In this document: one piece after another, positions 28,835 through 39,293 of the stretch
Position numbering within the stretch: the first letter of the stretch is position 1
Layout of the letters: every line of letters starts with the position of its first letter
Origin: Dehalococcoidia bacterium
GTDB lineage: Bacteria; Chloroflexota; Dehalococcoidia; Bin125
NCBI GenBank assembly: GCA_963663895.2
Contig: CAXXRD010000003.1
Span: forward strand, 236,206 to 300,205
Direction: 5' to 3'
Length of the DNA stretch: 64,000 nt
Position numbers and translations under genes: made by a program
The notes under the pieces: generated by a model
What the model saw: only the letters and a program-made list of their open reading frames with translations
What the model was told of the DNA's origin: nothing
Databases searched by the model: none

Positions 28835-31800
28835 ATGTTGATCACGCTCCCCATCGTGGTACGCCTCGCTCTGGGCCGGGCCGCCGGACACCGGCGCTTG
28901 CTGGCCGCGGTGATGGTGGGTGTGATCCTGGCCGTGGGCTTGATGGCCGCCACCGAGATCTACCGCAACGCGCTGCGGGAGCGCGGGATCGATGTCGAGT
29001 TGAGCCGCGCCGACAAGACGGAGATTGACCTAGCCGTCTCGCTGAGCGGGCACGGGCTGGCGTCGCCCGGCTACGAGGAATCCCAGGCGCTCATCGACCG
29101 AGCCTTGAGTCGGATCGATCCGTACCTCCATGCCAGCACCCGCACCGCGCTCTCCGCGACGTTCTTCCTCACCGATCCCGCTACCCGCTTCCGCCAAACG
29201 CCCGACCTTCCCCGCGCCAATCTGCAGTTTCTGACCGGGCTTGACCCGCATATCACGATCGACGGGGGGCGCTGGCCCAGCTCGGAACCCAGTGCCACGG
29301 CGCTGGGCGCGCCCAGAGTCGAGGTCGCGCTCGGCTCCGAGGCGGCGGCCGCCTTCGGTGTCGCGATCGGCGATACCTTCGCCCTCCACCCGTTCTGGCG
29401 CGAAGACGTGGCGCCGATCGAGGTGACCGTCGTCGGGCTCATCGGCCAGAGGGAGGCGGAGGAGGAATACTGGGGGCGCCGCACCGACTACTTCTTCGTG
29501 GACCGGCAGGACCCGCCCACCTATCGCTTCTTCACGACGGCGAACACACTCCTGGACGTGATCTCGGGGCACCTCCCCGATATCACCGCTCGTCTGGAGA
29601 CGCTCGCCTACTTCGACCTGAGAACGATCGACTCCGACGACGTCGAGACCTTAGCTCAACGGCTGCGCACCTTCGAGCGGACCGTTCTGGGCAGTGTCGA
29701 CCGAGCACGGGTGCAGAGCGAGATGGCGGCCATCCTGGATACCTTCTCGACGCGGGATTTCTTCGCACAGGTGCCGCTTTTGGTGGTGACACTCCAGATC
29801 GTGGCGATTGTGCTGTACTACCTCATGATGGTGGCAGCGCTGCTCGTCGAGCGGCAGGCCGGTGAGGTCGCGCTGCTCAAGAGCCGGGGGGCGAGGACTC
29901 ATCACATCCTTGGGATCTATGCGATCGAGGGCGCGATCCTGTCCGGGATCGGCCTGGCGGTCGGCCCGCCGCTTGCGTTGGGCGTCGTATCGCTTCTCGG
30001 ACTGACGCCCGCCTTCGACGGACTCAGCGGCAGCGCCCTGCTGGACACGCAGCTCACTGCCACCGCCTACGCCTGGGCGGCACTGGGGGCGGGGTTGGCT
30101 TTTCTGGCCTTGCTCGTCCCCGCGATCGCTATGGGGCGGCGCGGCATCGTGCAATACAAGCAAGCCCTGTCCCGGCCTACGGGACAATCCGCCTTCCATC
30201 GCTACTACCTGGATCTCGTCGTCGTGGTGCTGGCGGCGCTGCTCTTCTTCCAACTCCAGACGTCGGACTCGCTCGTGACTGAGGAACTGTTCGGGGATCT
30301 CAATTACGACCCTCTCCTCCTGCTGGCGCCCACGGTCTTCCTGGTCACGGTGGCCGTCGTCTTCCTGCGCCTCTTCCCTCTGCTCGTGCGAGCCGTCGAC
30401 CGCGCCACGCGGCGCTTCAACCACACCCCGCTCCAACTGGGGATCTGGCAGCTGATGCGTGCCCCGCTGGGGCATTCACGCCTTGTGCTCTTGCTCATCT
30501 TGGCGACCGCGATCGGCATGTTCTCGGCGACGTTCGGCGCGACCCTCGAACGATCCTTCGACGATCGCGCGGCTTACCTGACCGGAGCACCCCTCCGCCT
30601 CTCCGGGCTCGATACGAACGAGCGCGGCGCCGCCAGCCTGGTGGCCGCGTTCGAACGCCGGGGCGACGTCGCAGCCGCGAGCGCAGCACTCCGCACCGAC
30701 GTCCGCTACCAGCTCGGGAACGGCCGTCCGGTCGCGGTCGATCTCCTCGGCGTGGACCCTGTCCGCCTCCCGGAGGTCGCCTGGTTCCGTGACGATCTGG
30801 CCGCTGATTCCCTAGCGACGCTCCTGGCACCGCTGCGTGAGAACCCGCTCGAGCTTCCGGCCGTCGTGATCCCCGCGGACGCGGAGCGCGTCGGGATCTG
30901 GGCTCATCTGACGCGCACCAGCAGCGTGATCGTGTCCTTGCGGATGCAGGACAGCGAGGGGCGCTACATCGATCGGCGGCTGGGCCCCACCTTGGACGGC
31001 GGGAGCGGCTGGCAACTGCTCACAGCGCCGCTGGACGGCTTGGCTGCGGGCCCCGCCACCGTCACGGGCATCTTCGTGCGACGGGCGCCGCGCTTCGGAT
31101 CGTTCGCCAACCAGATCGTGTTCGACGACCTGCAATACAGTCCCACCGCGGGGCCACCGGATACGCCCTTCGACAACGGCGTCGTGGTCGAGGATTTCGA
31201 GAGTCTCGAGCGCTGGACGCCGGTCTTCGAAGCCACGGCCACCGGCCGTCCCGACCGCTTCAACGCGGAGCGTGATCTCGTCGTCTCCGGCGAGAGCGCC
31301 GCCCGCTACACGTGGGAGCGCAGCCTCCAGACCACGCGGGGGATCCGGATCGCAGGAGACGATCTCCCGCTGGCGGTGATCGCCAATCAAGCCTTCCTCA
31401 ATGAGGCCGAACTCCATCTCGGCGACGAAGTCCTCGTCTTCGCATCCCAGGGACCGATGCCAGTTCGGATCGCGGGCGCGTTCGATCTGTTCCCCACGTT
31501 CGACCCGCGGCAGGGGAAGGGCCTCCTTCTCGCCGACGGGAAACGGCTGAGCTTTCTCATCAACGCGGAAGGCACGCGTTCCGGCATCGTCGCCCCGAAC
31601 GAGGTGTGGATCGATCCCGGGGATGCGGCCAGGCTCGCCTCCCTGCGCGCAACGATCGCCGCAGGTGGCTTCGGCGATCCCACGGTCTTCGACGCCAAAG
31701 CACTGCGCGACGCCCAGAACGAGGACCCCCTCACCGCCGCCGGTTGGGACGGCCTGCTTTTCCTGTCGTTCTCCGCGGTGCTCTTACTGAGCATCCTCGG

Positions 31801-32164
31801 GTTCCTCGTCTCCTCGCTCGCCTCCGCGCGCGCGCGCGCGCTGGAGTTCGCCGTCCTGCGCACCTTGGGGTTCTCCCTGCGCCAGACGCTCGCCGTCGTC
31901 ACCTTCGAAAAGGTCTTCATCGTCGGCCTGGCGATGGCGGTCGGCACGCTGGTCGGCGCGCGCCTCGGCATCCTCATGCTCGAGTTCATCGGGATCACCG
32001 AGCGCGGCGAGGAGGTCGTGCCTCCCTTCGTGCTGGCCACGGACTGGGGTACGATCGGCATCGTTTACGCCATCCTCGGCGCCGTCTTCTTAATGACGGT
32101 CGGCGTCGTCGTGGCGCTGTACGCGCGCCTTGCGCTCTACCGTGTCCTGCGGCTGGGCGAATGA
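28835..32164 (+). CDS. Large FtsX/MacB-family ABC permease 2 (ORF open from 28757)
   Basis: EVALLKSRGA and EFAVLRTLGFS; shares RYYLD, WFRDD, FPT.DP and VxPPFxLxTxW with permease 1. Confidence 0.9.
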   Translation: MLITLPIVVRLALGRAAGHRRLLAAVMVGVILAVGLMAATEIYRNALRERGIDVELSRADKTEIDLAVSLSGHGLASPGYEESQALIDRALSRIDPYLHASTRTALSATFFLTDPATRFRQTPDLPRANLQFLTGLDPHITIDGGRWPSSEPSATALGAPRVEVALGSEAAAAFGVAIGDTFALHPFWREDVAPIEVTVVGLIGQREAEEEYWGRRTDYFFVDRQDPPTYRFFTTANTLLDVISGHLPDITARLETLAYFDLRTIDSDDVETLAQRLRTFERTVLGSVDRARVQSEMAAILDTFSTRDFFAQVPLLVVTLQIVAIVLYYLMMVAALLVERQAGEVALLKSRGARTHHILGIYAIEGAILSGIGLAVGPPLALGVVSLLGLTPAFDGLSGSALLDTQLTATAYAWAALGAGLAFLALLVPAIAMGRRGIVQYKQALSRPTGQSAFHRYYLDLVVVVLAALLFFQLQTSDSLVTEELFGDLNYDPLLLLAPTVFLVTVAVVFLRLFPLLVRAVDRATRRFNHTPLQLGIWQLMRAPLGHSRLVLLLILATAIGMFSATFGATLERSFDDRAAYLTGAPLRLSGLDTNERGAASLVAAFERRGDVAAASAALRTDVRYQLGNGRPVAVDLLGVDPVRLPEVAWFRDDLAADSLATLLAPLRENPLELPAVVIPADAERVGIWAHLTRTSSVIVSLRMQDSEGRYIDRRLGPTLDGGSGWQLLTAPLDGLAAGPATVTGIFVRRAPRFGSFANQIVFDDLQYSPTAGPPDTPFDNGVVVEDFESLERWTPVFEATATGRPDRFNAERDLVVSGESAARYTWERSLQTTRGIRIAGDDLPLAVIANQAFLNEAELHLGDEVLVFASQGPMPVRIAGAFDLFPTFDPRQGKGLLLADGKRLSFLINAEGTRSGIVAPNEVWIDPGDAARLASLRATIAAGGFGDPTVFDAKALRDAQNEDPLTAAGWDGLLFLSFSAVLLLSILGFLVSSLASARARALEFAVLRTLGFSLRQTLAVVTFEKVFIVGLAMAVGTLVGARLGILMLEFIGITERGEEVVPPFVLATDWGTIGIVYAILGAVFLMTVGVVVALYARLALYRVLRLGE

Positions 32165-32204
32165 GCCGGCCGGGCTCCCCGAGGAGGCGCACGAAAGATC
32201 GACG

Positions 32205-33140
32205 ATGGGGCCGATGACGCAGCAACCGTCCTCCGCAGTCGGCGACAGATCCAAACCGGGAAACCCCGACTGGCACGTCGTCTGCGCCGACCTCTTCAAG
32301 ATCTACAAAGTGGCACAGATGGAGGTCGTCGCGCTGCGGGGCTTGGACCTACGCATTGAGAGCGGCGAGATGCTCGCGCTCGTCGGTGCCTCGGGCTCCG
32401 GCAAGTCCACGCTGCTCACCATCCTGGCCGGCCTGGACCTGCCAAGCGCCGGCTCCGTCCTCGTCGACGGCCGGGACCTGCTGACGATGGAGGAACCGGA
32501 GCGCGTGGAGTACCGGCGCCGGCAGGTTGGCTTCGTCTGGCAGCAAGCCGGTCGCAACCTGGTCCCCTACCTCTCTGCGGCCCAGAACATTGAGCTGCCC
32601 ATGATCCTCGCCGGCCGGCCGCGCCAGCAGGTGCGTGCGCGCACCACGGCCTTGCTTGAGGCGATCGGTCTCACCGCGCGCGCACAATCGCGGCTAGAGC
32701 AGCTCTCGGGCGGGGAGCAGCAACGCGTGTCGATCGGGGTAGCGCTCGCCAACGAGCCGCCCCTACTCCTCGCCGATGAGCCCACCGGCGAACTCGACAC
32801 ACGCACCGCTGACCAGATCTTCGACCTCTTCGCCGACCTCAACCGTCGCTTCGGGGTCACGATCGTCATCGTGACCCATGACGAAGGGATCAGAGACCGC
32901 GTGCCGCGCGTGGCCATGATCCGCGATGGCCGCATCGCAACGGAGATCTTCAACGCCGCGGGAGCGCCGGCGGGCGGCGCCACGGATCTCCTCCGCCGCG
33001 AGTACACAGTGGTCGACCGCAGCGGCCGCATCCAGATCCCGAGGGAGCTGCGGGACGCGGCGGGGCTGGGCCGCCACGTCCAGATGGATCTCCAAGACGA
33101 TCGTGTCACTATCGCGCGCGCTCCCGACGCCGACCCATGA
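32205..33140 (+). CDS. LolD/MacB-type ABC ATPase with C-terminal AbrB-like domain
   Basis: GASGSGKST, LSGGEQQR, LLLADEPTGELD, VTHD; tail VDRSGRIQIPRELR. Confidence 0.92.
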   Translation: MGPMTQQPSSAVGDRSKPGNPDWHVVCADLFKIYKVAQMEVVALRGLDLRIESGEMLALVGASGSGKSTLLTILAGLDLPSAGSVLVDGRDLLTMEEPERVEYRRRQVGFVWQQAGRNLVPYLSAAQNIELPMILAGRPRQQVRARTTALLEAIGLTARAQSRLEQLSGGEQQRVSIGVALANEPPLLLADEPTGELDTRTADQIFDLFADLNRRFGVTIVIVTHDEGIRDRVPRVAMIRDGRIATEIFNAAGAPAGGATDLLRREYTVVDRSGRIQIPRELRDAAGLGRHVQMDLQDDRVTIARAPDADP

Positions 33141-33958
33141 CCGGCCGGCCGCCCGGCAGCGAGCGCCCCACCGCCCCGCCGGCTGCGCCGACGGGCCACT
33201 CGGAGCCGATCGTGCAGGCGGAGCGGGTGAGCCGTCGCTTCCAAGTGGGCGGGGAGGAGATCTGGGCGGTGCGGGATCTCTCGCTGCATATCGAGCGGGG
33301 CGCGTTCGCCGCCCTGATGGGTCGCTCTGGATCCGGAAAAACGACGCTGCTGAATTGCATCGCCGGCCTCGACCGGCCCGACTCGGGCCGCGTTTACCTG
33401 GCCGGCAGAGAGATCACACACGCTCCGGAGCGCCAACTGTTGCAGATGCGGCGCCACGAGATCGGATTCGTCTTCCAGTCGTTCGGTCTCCTGCCCCTCC
33501 TCTCGGCCTACGAGAACGTGGAGGTCGCGCTGCGCATCGCGGGCGTCGGCCTCCAAAAGCGCCGTGCCCGCACGATCGAGCTCCTCCAACTCGTGGATCT
33601 GCATGCCCGCAGCGACCACCGTCCCTACGAACTGTCGGGCGGGGAGCAGCAGCGCGTGGCGATCGCGCGTGCCTTGGCGAACGAGCCGTCGCTCATCGTC
33701 GCGGACGAACCCACTGGAGAGCTGGACTCCGGCAACGCTCGCGCCATCTTCGACCTCCTGCGTCGGCTGGCGCACCAGCGCGGGATGACGATCCTGACCG
33801 CGACGCACGACCGCACCGTCTTGGAATTCGCCGATCGCGTCGACGAGATGGCGGATGGACGCCTGTTGGAGCATCACGAGCGCGACCTCACGGTCACCGC
33901 GAGGAACCGCCCCGCCATCGCGGACGAACCCGCTCCACAAGCATCACCGGGCCGGTAG
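33137..33958 (+). CDS. LolD/MacB-type ABC ATPase
   Basis: GRSGSGKTT, LSGGEQQR, ADEPTGELD, ATHD; ATGA overlap with the upstream gene. Confidence 0.93.
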   Translation: MTGRPPGSERPTAPPAAPTGHSEPIVQAERVSRRFQVGGEEIWAVRDLSLHIERGAFAALMGRSGSGKTTLLNCIAGLDRPDSGRVYLAGREITHAPERQLLQMRRHEIGFVFQSFGLLPLLSAYENVEVALRIAGVGLQKRRARTIELLQLVDLHARSDHRPYELSGGEQQRVAIARALANEPSLIVADEPTGELDSGNARAIFDLLRRLAHQRGMTILTATHDRTVLEFADRVDEMADGRLLEHHERDLTVTARNRPAIADEPAPQASPGR

Positions 33959-34210
33959 GCGGCCCGGCAGGTACCAAGGAGCGGCGTCCACCTCGACTCC
34001 CTCCGACGGACGCCGGCGAAGCCCCACAATCGCAGCGGCGGCGGGGACGCGCGTCCAGCCGGCCGGCATCCTGGAAGCCCGCGCCGCGACCGCAAGCTCG
34101 ACCGGGCCGACGGCCTAGCCTGCGAGATCATCACGCCGCTCCGTTTCCGCGAAGAGAGCCCGTGAGATCTCCAAAGGACGCAAGGACTAGATGAGGCAGC
34201 AACGTCCTCG

Positions 34211-35074
34211 CTATCCCCAAGCGCTACCTTCCATTCCACCGCAGACCCGAACCACGCGCCCCTTGGGCGGAGGTGAGCAACTTTGTTCTGCGTATCCCCG
34301 AAGCTCGTTAAGCCGCTGAATGGCTTCGTCATTGAGTTCTGAATCTTTCGGATTCGTCCAGTTAAACGTGTTGACCACGCGATCCGGCCAATTGAGCGAG
34401 TCCCAGCTGACGACGCTGACATTTCTCGCAACAATCTTACGGAAGTCTCTCCCCCAGACTCGAAAAGTCGCTACGACATCGAACTCGAAAGATCCGGGTT
34501 CTGTCGGGAGCACTTGAATGCCTATCTCCGCGCGTGATGAAGCATCTATCCGCAACTCGCGTGCTACGGGGCAATTCTCAGCGATCGCTCCTGAGATCAA
34601 AGGCACTTCATTCGGAGGCAAAGACGCAATCCGGACCACGAAGTCTCCTTCTGTACCTCTTCCGCCCGCTTGGATCGTCTGCGCTTGGACGAGGGTTGTG
34701 CCCAATGTCGCGTCTGCTAAACACTTCGCCGACCGAAAGAGCAGGGTAATCTCCGTAAGGGACACAGGCGTCGCGGTCGAACCTTCGGAAGTATTTCGTA
34801 GATCTAGAACGAAAACCGTATCGTCGAAGAACGAGCACTGACCGATCTCGGTAGCCCGCTGTATTCCGGCATCTGTGAGCGGCGACGGGAGATCGGACGA
34901 TTGTACAATCGCGAAGGCACCAAGCTCGCTCATATAGTGAACGTTGATCTTCAACTGCGCGTTGAGCGGAATAAGGCCAAAGCGACGTCTGACCATCCTG
35001 ATAGCAGGGCGACTGAGCAGGCGAAGAAGCAATGTGCCCAGCGCACTCAGGACAGCGAGCAGCGTCTCCATCAT
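34211..35074 (-). CDS. Hypothetical protein (low GC, N-terminal hydrophobic helix)
   Basis: 287-aa ORF with RBS AGGAGG; visibly lower GC than its flanks; no recognised family. Confidence 0.6.
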   Translation of the reverse strand: MMETLLAVLSALGTLLLRLLSRPAIRMVRRRFGLIPLNAQLKINVHYMSELGAFAIVQSSDLPSPLTDAGIQRATEIGQCSFFDDTVFVLDLRNTSEGSTATPVSLTEITLLFRSAKCLADATLGTTLVQAQTIQAGGRGTEGDFVVRIASLPPNEVPLISGAIAENCPVARELRIDASSRAEIGIQVLPTEPGSFEFDVVATFRVWGRDFRKIVARNVSVVSWDSLNWPDRVVNTFNWTNPKDSELNDEAIQRLNELRGYAEQSCSPPPKGRVVRVCGGMEGSAWG

Positions 35075-35195
35075 CGCCTCCTACCGCTGATAGCAAAGCT
35101 ATGACTACTCGCCTCAGCAGATAGTCCCACCTGTCTCGCACGCGTTTCAGTCAACTCTGTGGGAGTCACTTCTAACGAACAGCATCCTCACGGTG

Positions 35196-38100
35196 CTAGG
35201 AGCTAGCCGAAAGCGGCCAGCCGCCGTGGGTCTCGATCACCTCGTCGATGCGCTGCATCAAGCCAGGCGTCTCGGAGAGGGCGGCGCAGACCCGCCGGTA
35301 CCAGGCGATGTCGTCGAATGAGAGCGTGCGCCCCTTGCGGTCCTTCAGCCACTTTTCGGCGGGCTGGTAGCCGCCGATGGTGAACGCCCACGTCTCCGGC
35401 GAGACGCCCTCGAAGTGCTGCGAGTTGTTGATCCAGACGCGGCCCGGCGTGCCGTCCGAGGGCTCGGCGTAGCGGACGCGATCCACGCGGTTATCGCCGG
35501 CGACATTGAAGTCGGGCGCGTCCGCGCCGTCCGCCTCCATCAGATGGAGGGCCGCGAGGCGCACGCCCAAGGCGGCGAGGTCGGTGAACAGCGCCCGGCT
35601 GCCGGGCAGCGGGACGCGCGGGAAGTCCGATTTGAGGAAATCGGCGTAGCGGCGGCGGTACTCCAAGCTATGGAGCACCGCGTAGATGTAGTGGAACACG
35701 TCCTCCAGCGTGGCGCTTGTGCCGATCGCGTCTTCAAGGGCTGCAGTGAACCCCAGCGAGAGGTTCGGCGTACGAGTACCACTGAGCGCTGGTGCCGCCG
35801 TCGTGCCAGTTTCGTCCTTCTCTTCCTGAAAGAGATAGAGCGGGAACAGGCAATTTCCCCCGCGCCGGAATAAGTTGAAATCCGTAAGCGAGTTCCCAGC
35901 GAGGACCACATCCCATGTTTCCGAGCCAATTACCTGCCCGGCTCGACCGACGGACAGCCCGAGATTCGGTCCGGCTAGCATGTGGCGCATCACCTGCGGT
36001 CGTGGCATACATATGAAACCGCGTGACCTTCCGGTGTAGAACGTGCATCTCCTATCGAAGGGTCGATAGAGGATGGGGTAAATCAACGCGTCCGTATCCG
36101 AATGTGAACGGACATCTGCCTGCGCCAGAGACACTTTCCAGTCGCGGGCATCGGGGCCGAGATTGTAGCGAACACGTGCATCTTCCTCAGACCGGTTTGC
36201 GAAATCCGACGCTACGCGGCGCACGTCTTCGCGCGTCCACTGGATCGCCAACTTGTCGCGGGCAGTGACGATGCCGACCGAATTCACGGGAAAAACATCC
36301 GTCAGCTTCCAGCCCGCTTCGTACTCCTCGATCAGTGCCTCGTCCCGTGGGACGAAGAGGTATTGCGGCGACTGCGGTGAGAGTTCAGTCCACTCCGTAC
36401 TGCCGATGTCGTTAGCGGCGAGCCAGCCGTACTTGCCGCCGTCCGCTCCCGCCTCGCGCTCGCCCCAGAGGTCCGCGTGAAGCACGTGTGCCGGGTCGCC
36501 GCCGCTATCCTTGCGCTTGACGAAGAGGCCGATGGCGACGCCTTGCTGGATGTCGAATACGTTCTCATCCGGGCCGCCGTCCGGCGCGCGCTCCTTCCTC
36601 TTGCTATTGCCGTGGAGATCGAGCAAGTAGATCTCGTCGAACGCCTTCATCAGCGACTGGCGCATTCCCCGGAAGGTAGGGTTGTCGAGATAGCTGTGGT
36701 CGGTGACGAACCCGAGCACGCCCTCGCCGGTCTTCTCGATGCGCCATTGGGCGAAGCGGATGAACTTCACATAGTCGTTGTTGACCCACTTCGGATTGCG
36801 CTCGCCTTGCTCTCTTAGCGATTGACCGTCCACCTCGAAGTAGCTTTGCGGCGAATCATCGATGCGCCCATGCAGCAAGTCCTTGATCCACTTGCCTTTG
36901 TTGGCGGAGTGGCCGGAATAGGGTGGATTGCCGAGCACGACCATCACCGGCCGGTCGCGCTTGACGGCGTCCGCCTCCCGCGCCTCCCGCGCGATCTCGT
37001 CGGCGAACATCACCCGCCCACTGATTTCATGGGCCTCCTCCAGTGAGTTGGTGAGGAAGACGTTGAGACGCTCGTCCGCAGGCAGCGTGAACCGCGCCTC
37101 CGGCCCGCCGATCTCAAGGGCGAGCTTGAGGTGGCAGATCGCGTAGGGCGCCATCAGCAGCTCGAAGCCCGAACAGACGTGGCAGCAGATGCTCGCGCAC
37201 GTACCCAGGCCAGGCGCCGCCAAGGCCCTTGCCCGCGACCGTCTCGCGGACGCGGGAGACGACTTCGCGCAGGAACGTGCCGGTACCCGCCGCCGGGTCG
37301 AGGATCAGCACGCGCGGACTCTCCGACTTTGCTCCGTCCACCGCCTCCGTTTCGGCCACCGCGGTATCGGCGAGGCCGCCGGCAAGGCCAAATTTATCGC
37401 GCAGCAGGTGGTCGGCGCTGCGGACGATGTAGGAGACGACCGGCTCGGGCGTGTAATAGACGCCGCGCAGCTCGCGCAGCTTGGGGTCGTAGGCGGCGAG
37501 GAAGTCCTCGTAGAAGTGCACGACCGGATCTTCTTTTCTGGTGCGACGGCCGAAGTCCTCAAGGATCGCCGCCATGTCGGCATGGGCCAGCAGCAGCGCC
37601 AGGTCGTCCACAACCCAGGCGATCCGTGGATCGGCGGCCGGACCGGCGACGCGCCCGAAGAGATCGCGCAGAAGGGGCGTCGTCCGCGCGAACACGGCCG
37701 ACTGACGGGTAAACTCCTCGGGCGGCCGGTCGTGGAAGCAGCGCGCCGCGAACAATCCATATGCCGCCGTCTGCGCCTGCAGGTCGGCGAACTCCTCCGC
37801 CCCCAGGTCGCTGATCAGCACCTCGCGGTAACTCCTCAGTAGCTCGCCCAGGGCGGCAGGGTCGCCGCCGTCCTCCTCCAGGATGCGCCGGATGCTCTCG
37901 CGCAGCAGCCGCGTCTTGCCCGCCATCCGCCGCGCCAGCTCGGCCGGGTCGCCGACCACGACGGGAGCGGCGGTGAGGAATGTCTCCAGCAATGCCAGAA
38001 GGGCGTCGGCACCGCCGCGTTCCGGCACGATCTTGCCGTCTCCGTCGAAGCGGCCGAGCCGCGCCATCTCGCGCAGCTCGCCGCCGGCATACCAGCGGAA

Positions 38101-38415
38101 ATCGAGGTAGTCGGTGAGGATCAGATTGGGCAAGGCGTCGCGGTAGCGCCGAAGCTGCTCGCTCTCCGCGGCAGCGTCGAGATTCTCGCCGATGTCCTTG
38201 CACTCGATATGGCCGATCGGCAGGTCGCGCCGCTGGACGATGAAGTCGGGCGCGCCGTAGTCGCTGTGCTTGGGATCGTTGATCGCCCGGACGCCGTCGC
38301 CGCCCAGCGCCTCGATCAGCATCTGGAGCGCGTGCCTGTAGCTGTGCTCGGTCGCCTGCCCACTGGCGCGGGTCTCGCGCAGCTCACGCAGATAGGCTCT
38401 TAGGGCAGCGTTCAC
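35196..38415 (-). pseudogene. Type ISP/IIG-like restriction-modification fusion (nuclease-like N-terminus, m6A methyltransferase, Type ISP C-terminal TRD), split by one +1 frameshift at 37168-37170
   Basis: TEHSYR, APDF...IECK, GVYYTP, ILDPAAGTG, LFG/FELLMAPY across the break, GNPPY, YVKFIR, YRPFD, IGGYQPAEKWLKDRK; no helicase motifs. Confidence 0.88.
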
Positions 38416-38546
38416 ACGTGCTCTCCCCGGATCTCCAGCGGCGCACCGTACCAAGCGCCGATAGACCACACGTCAACTATTGCTAACTATCACGGATAGG
38501 AGCGCTTCGCACACGGGCCAGGCCGCAAGGCTGATCGCCGCCCCGC

Positions 38547-39293
38547 TCAGCGCGCGGTGGCGCTGAGCGTGCCCAGGTAGAGCTCGACCACGTTCTCGTC
38601 GTGGAGCAGATCCTCGCCGCGGCCCTCGTAGGCGTTGCGGCCCTGATCGAGCACGTAGCCGCGGTGCGCGATCTGGAGGCAGCGCCGGGCGTTCTGCTCG
38701 ACCATGAGCACGGCCACGCCCGCGCGGCCGACCGCCATCACCTGCTCGAAGACCTCTTCCTGGTAGGCGGGCGCGAGGCCGGCGGAGGGCTCGTCGAGCA
38801 GCAGGACGGCCGGCCGCATCATCAGGGCGCGGCCCATCGCCACCATCTGGCGCTCGCCGCCGGAGAGGGAGCCGGCCCGCTGGCCCGCGCGCTCCCGCAG
38901 CAGGGGAAAGAGATCGGCGACGAAGTCGAAGCGCTCGCGCCAAGCCTTGGGCTCGAGGAAGAGGCCCATCTCCAGGTTCTCGCGCACGCTCAGGCGGGGG
39001 AAGACGTTCTCCGTCTGGGGGACGTAGCCGATGCCCGCCTCGACGAGGCGGTGGGGGCGGGTGTTGGTGACCGGCCGACCGCGCAGGAGGACCTGGCCCG
39101 ACCAGACCGGGACGAGGCCGAAGACGGCCTTGACGAGGGTCGACTTGCCGGCCCCGTTGGGCCCCACGACGCCGACGATCTCGCCCGCGTGGAGGGTGAT
39201 CGAGCAGTTGTTGAGGATGATCACGCCCCGCACGTAGCCGGCGACGATCCCGCGCGCCTCCAGCAGCGGCGTTCCCCCGGCCGGCTCAGTCAC
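38547..39293 (-). CDS. livF: Branched-chain-type ABC transporter ATPase (LivF-like)
   Basis: GPNGAGKST, LSGGERQM, LLLDEPSAGLAP, VEQNA. Confidence 0.9.
   Translation of the reverse strand: MTEPAGGTPLLEARGIVAGYVRGVIILNNCSITLHAGEIVGVVGPNGAGKSTLVKAVFGLVPVWSGQVLLRGRPVTNTRPHRLVEAGIGYVPQTENVFPRLSVRENLEMGLFLEPKAWRERFDFVADLFPLLRERAGQRAGSLSGGERQMVAMGRALMMRPAVLLLDEPSAGLAPAYQEEVFEQVMAVGRAGVAVLMVEQNARRCLQIAHRGYVLDQGRNAYEGRGEDLLHDENVVELYLGTLSATAR

Noticed and set aside
32567-33940. Long antisense and alternate-frame ORFs (e.g. 32567-33940, 40043-41308, 21883-23034, 10606-11646)
   Set aside because: Shadows of well-supported genes, expected from stop-codon scarcity at high GC; no recognisable motifs
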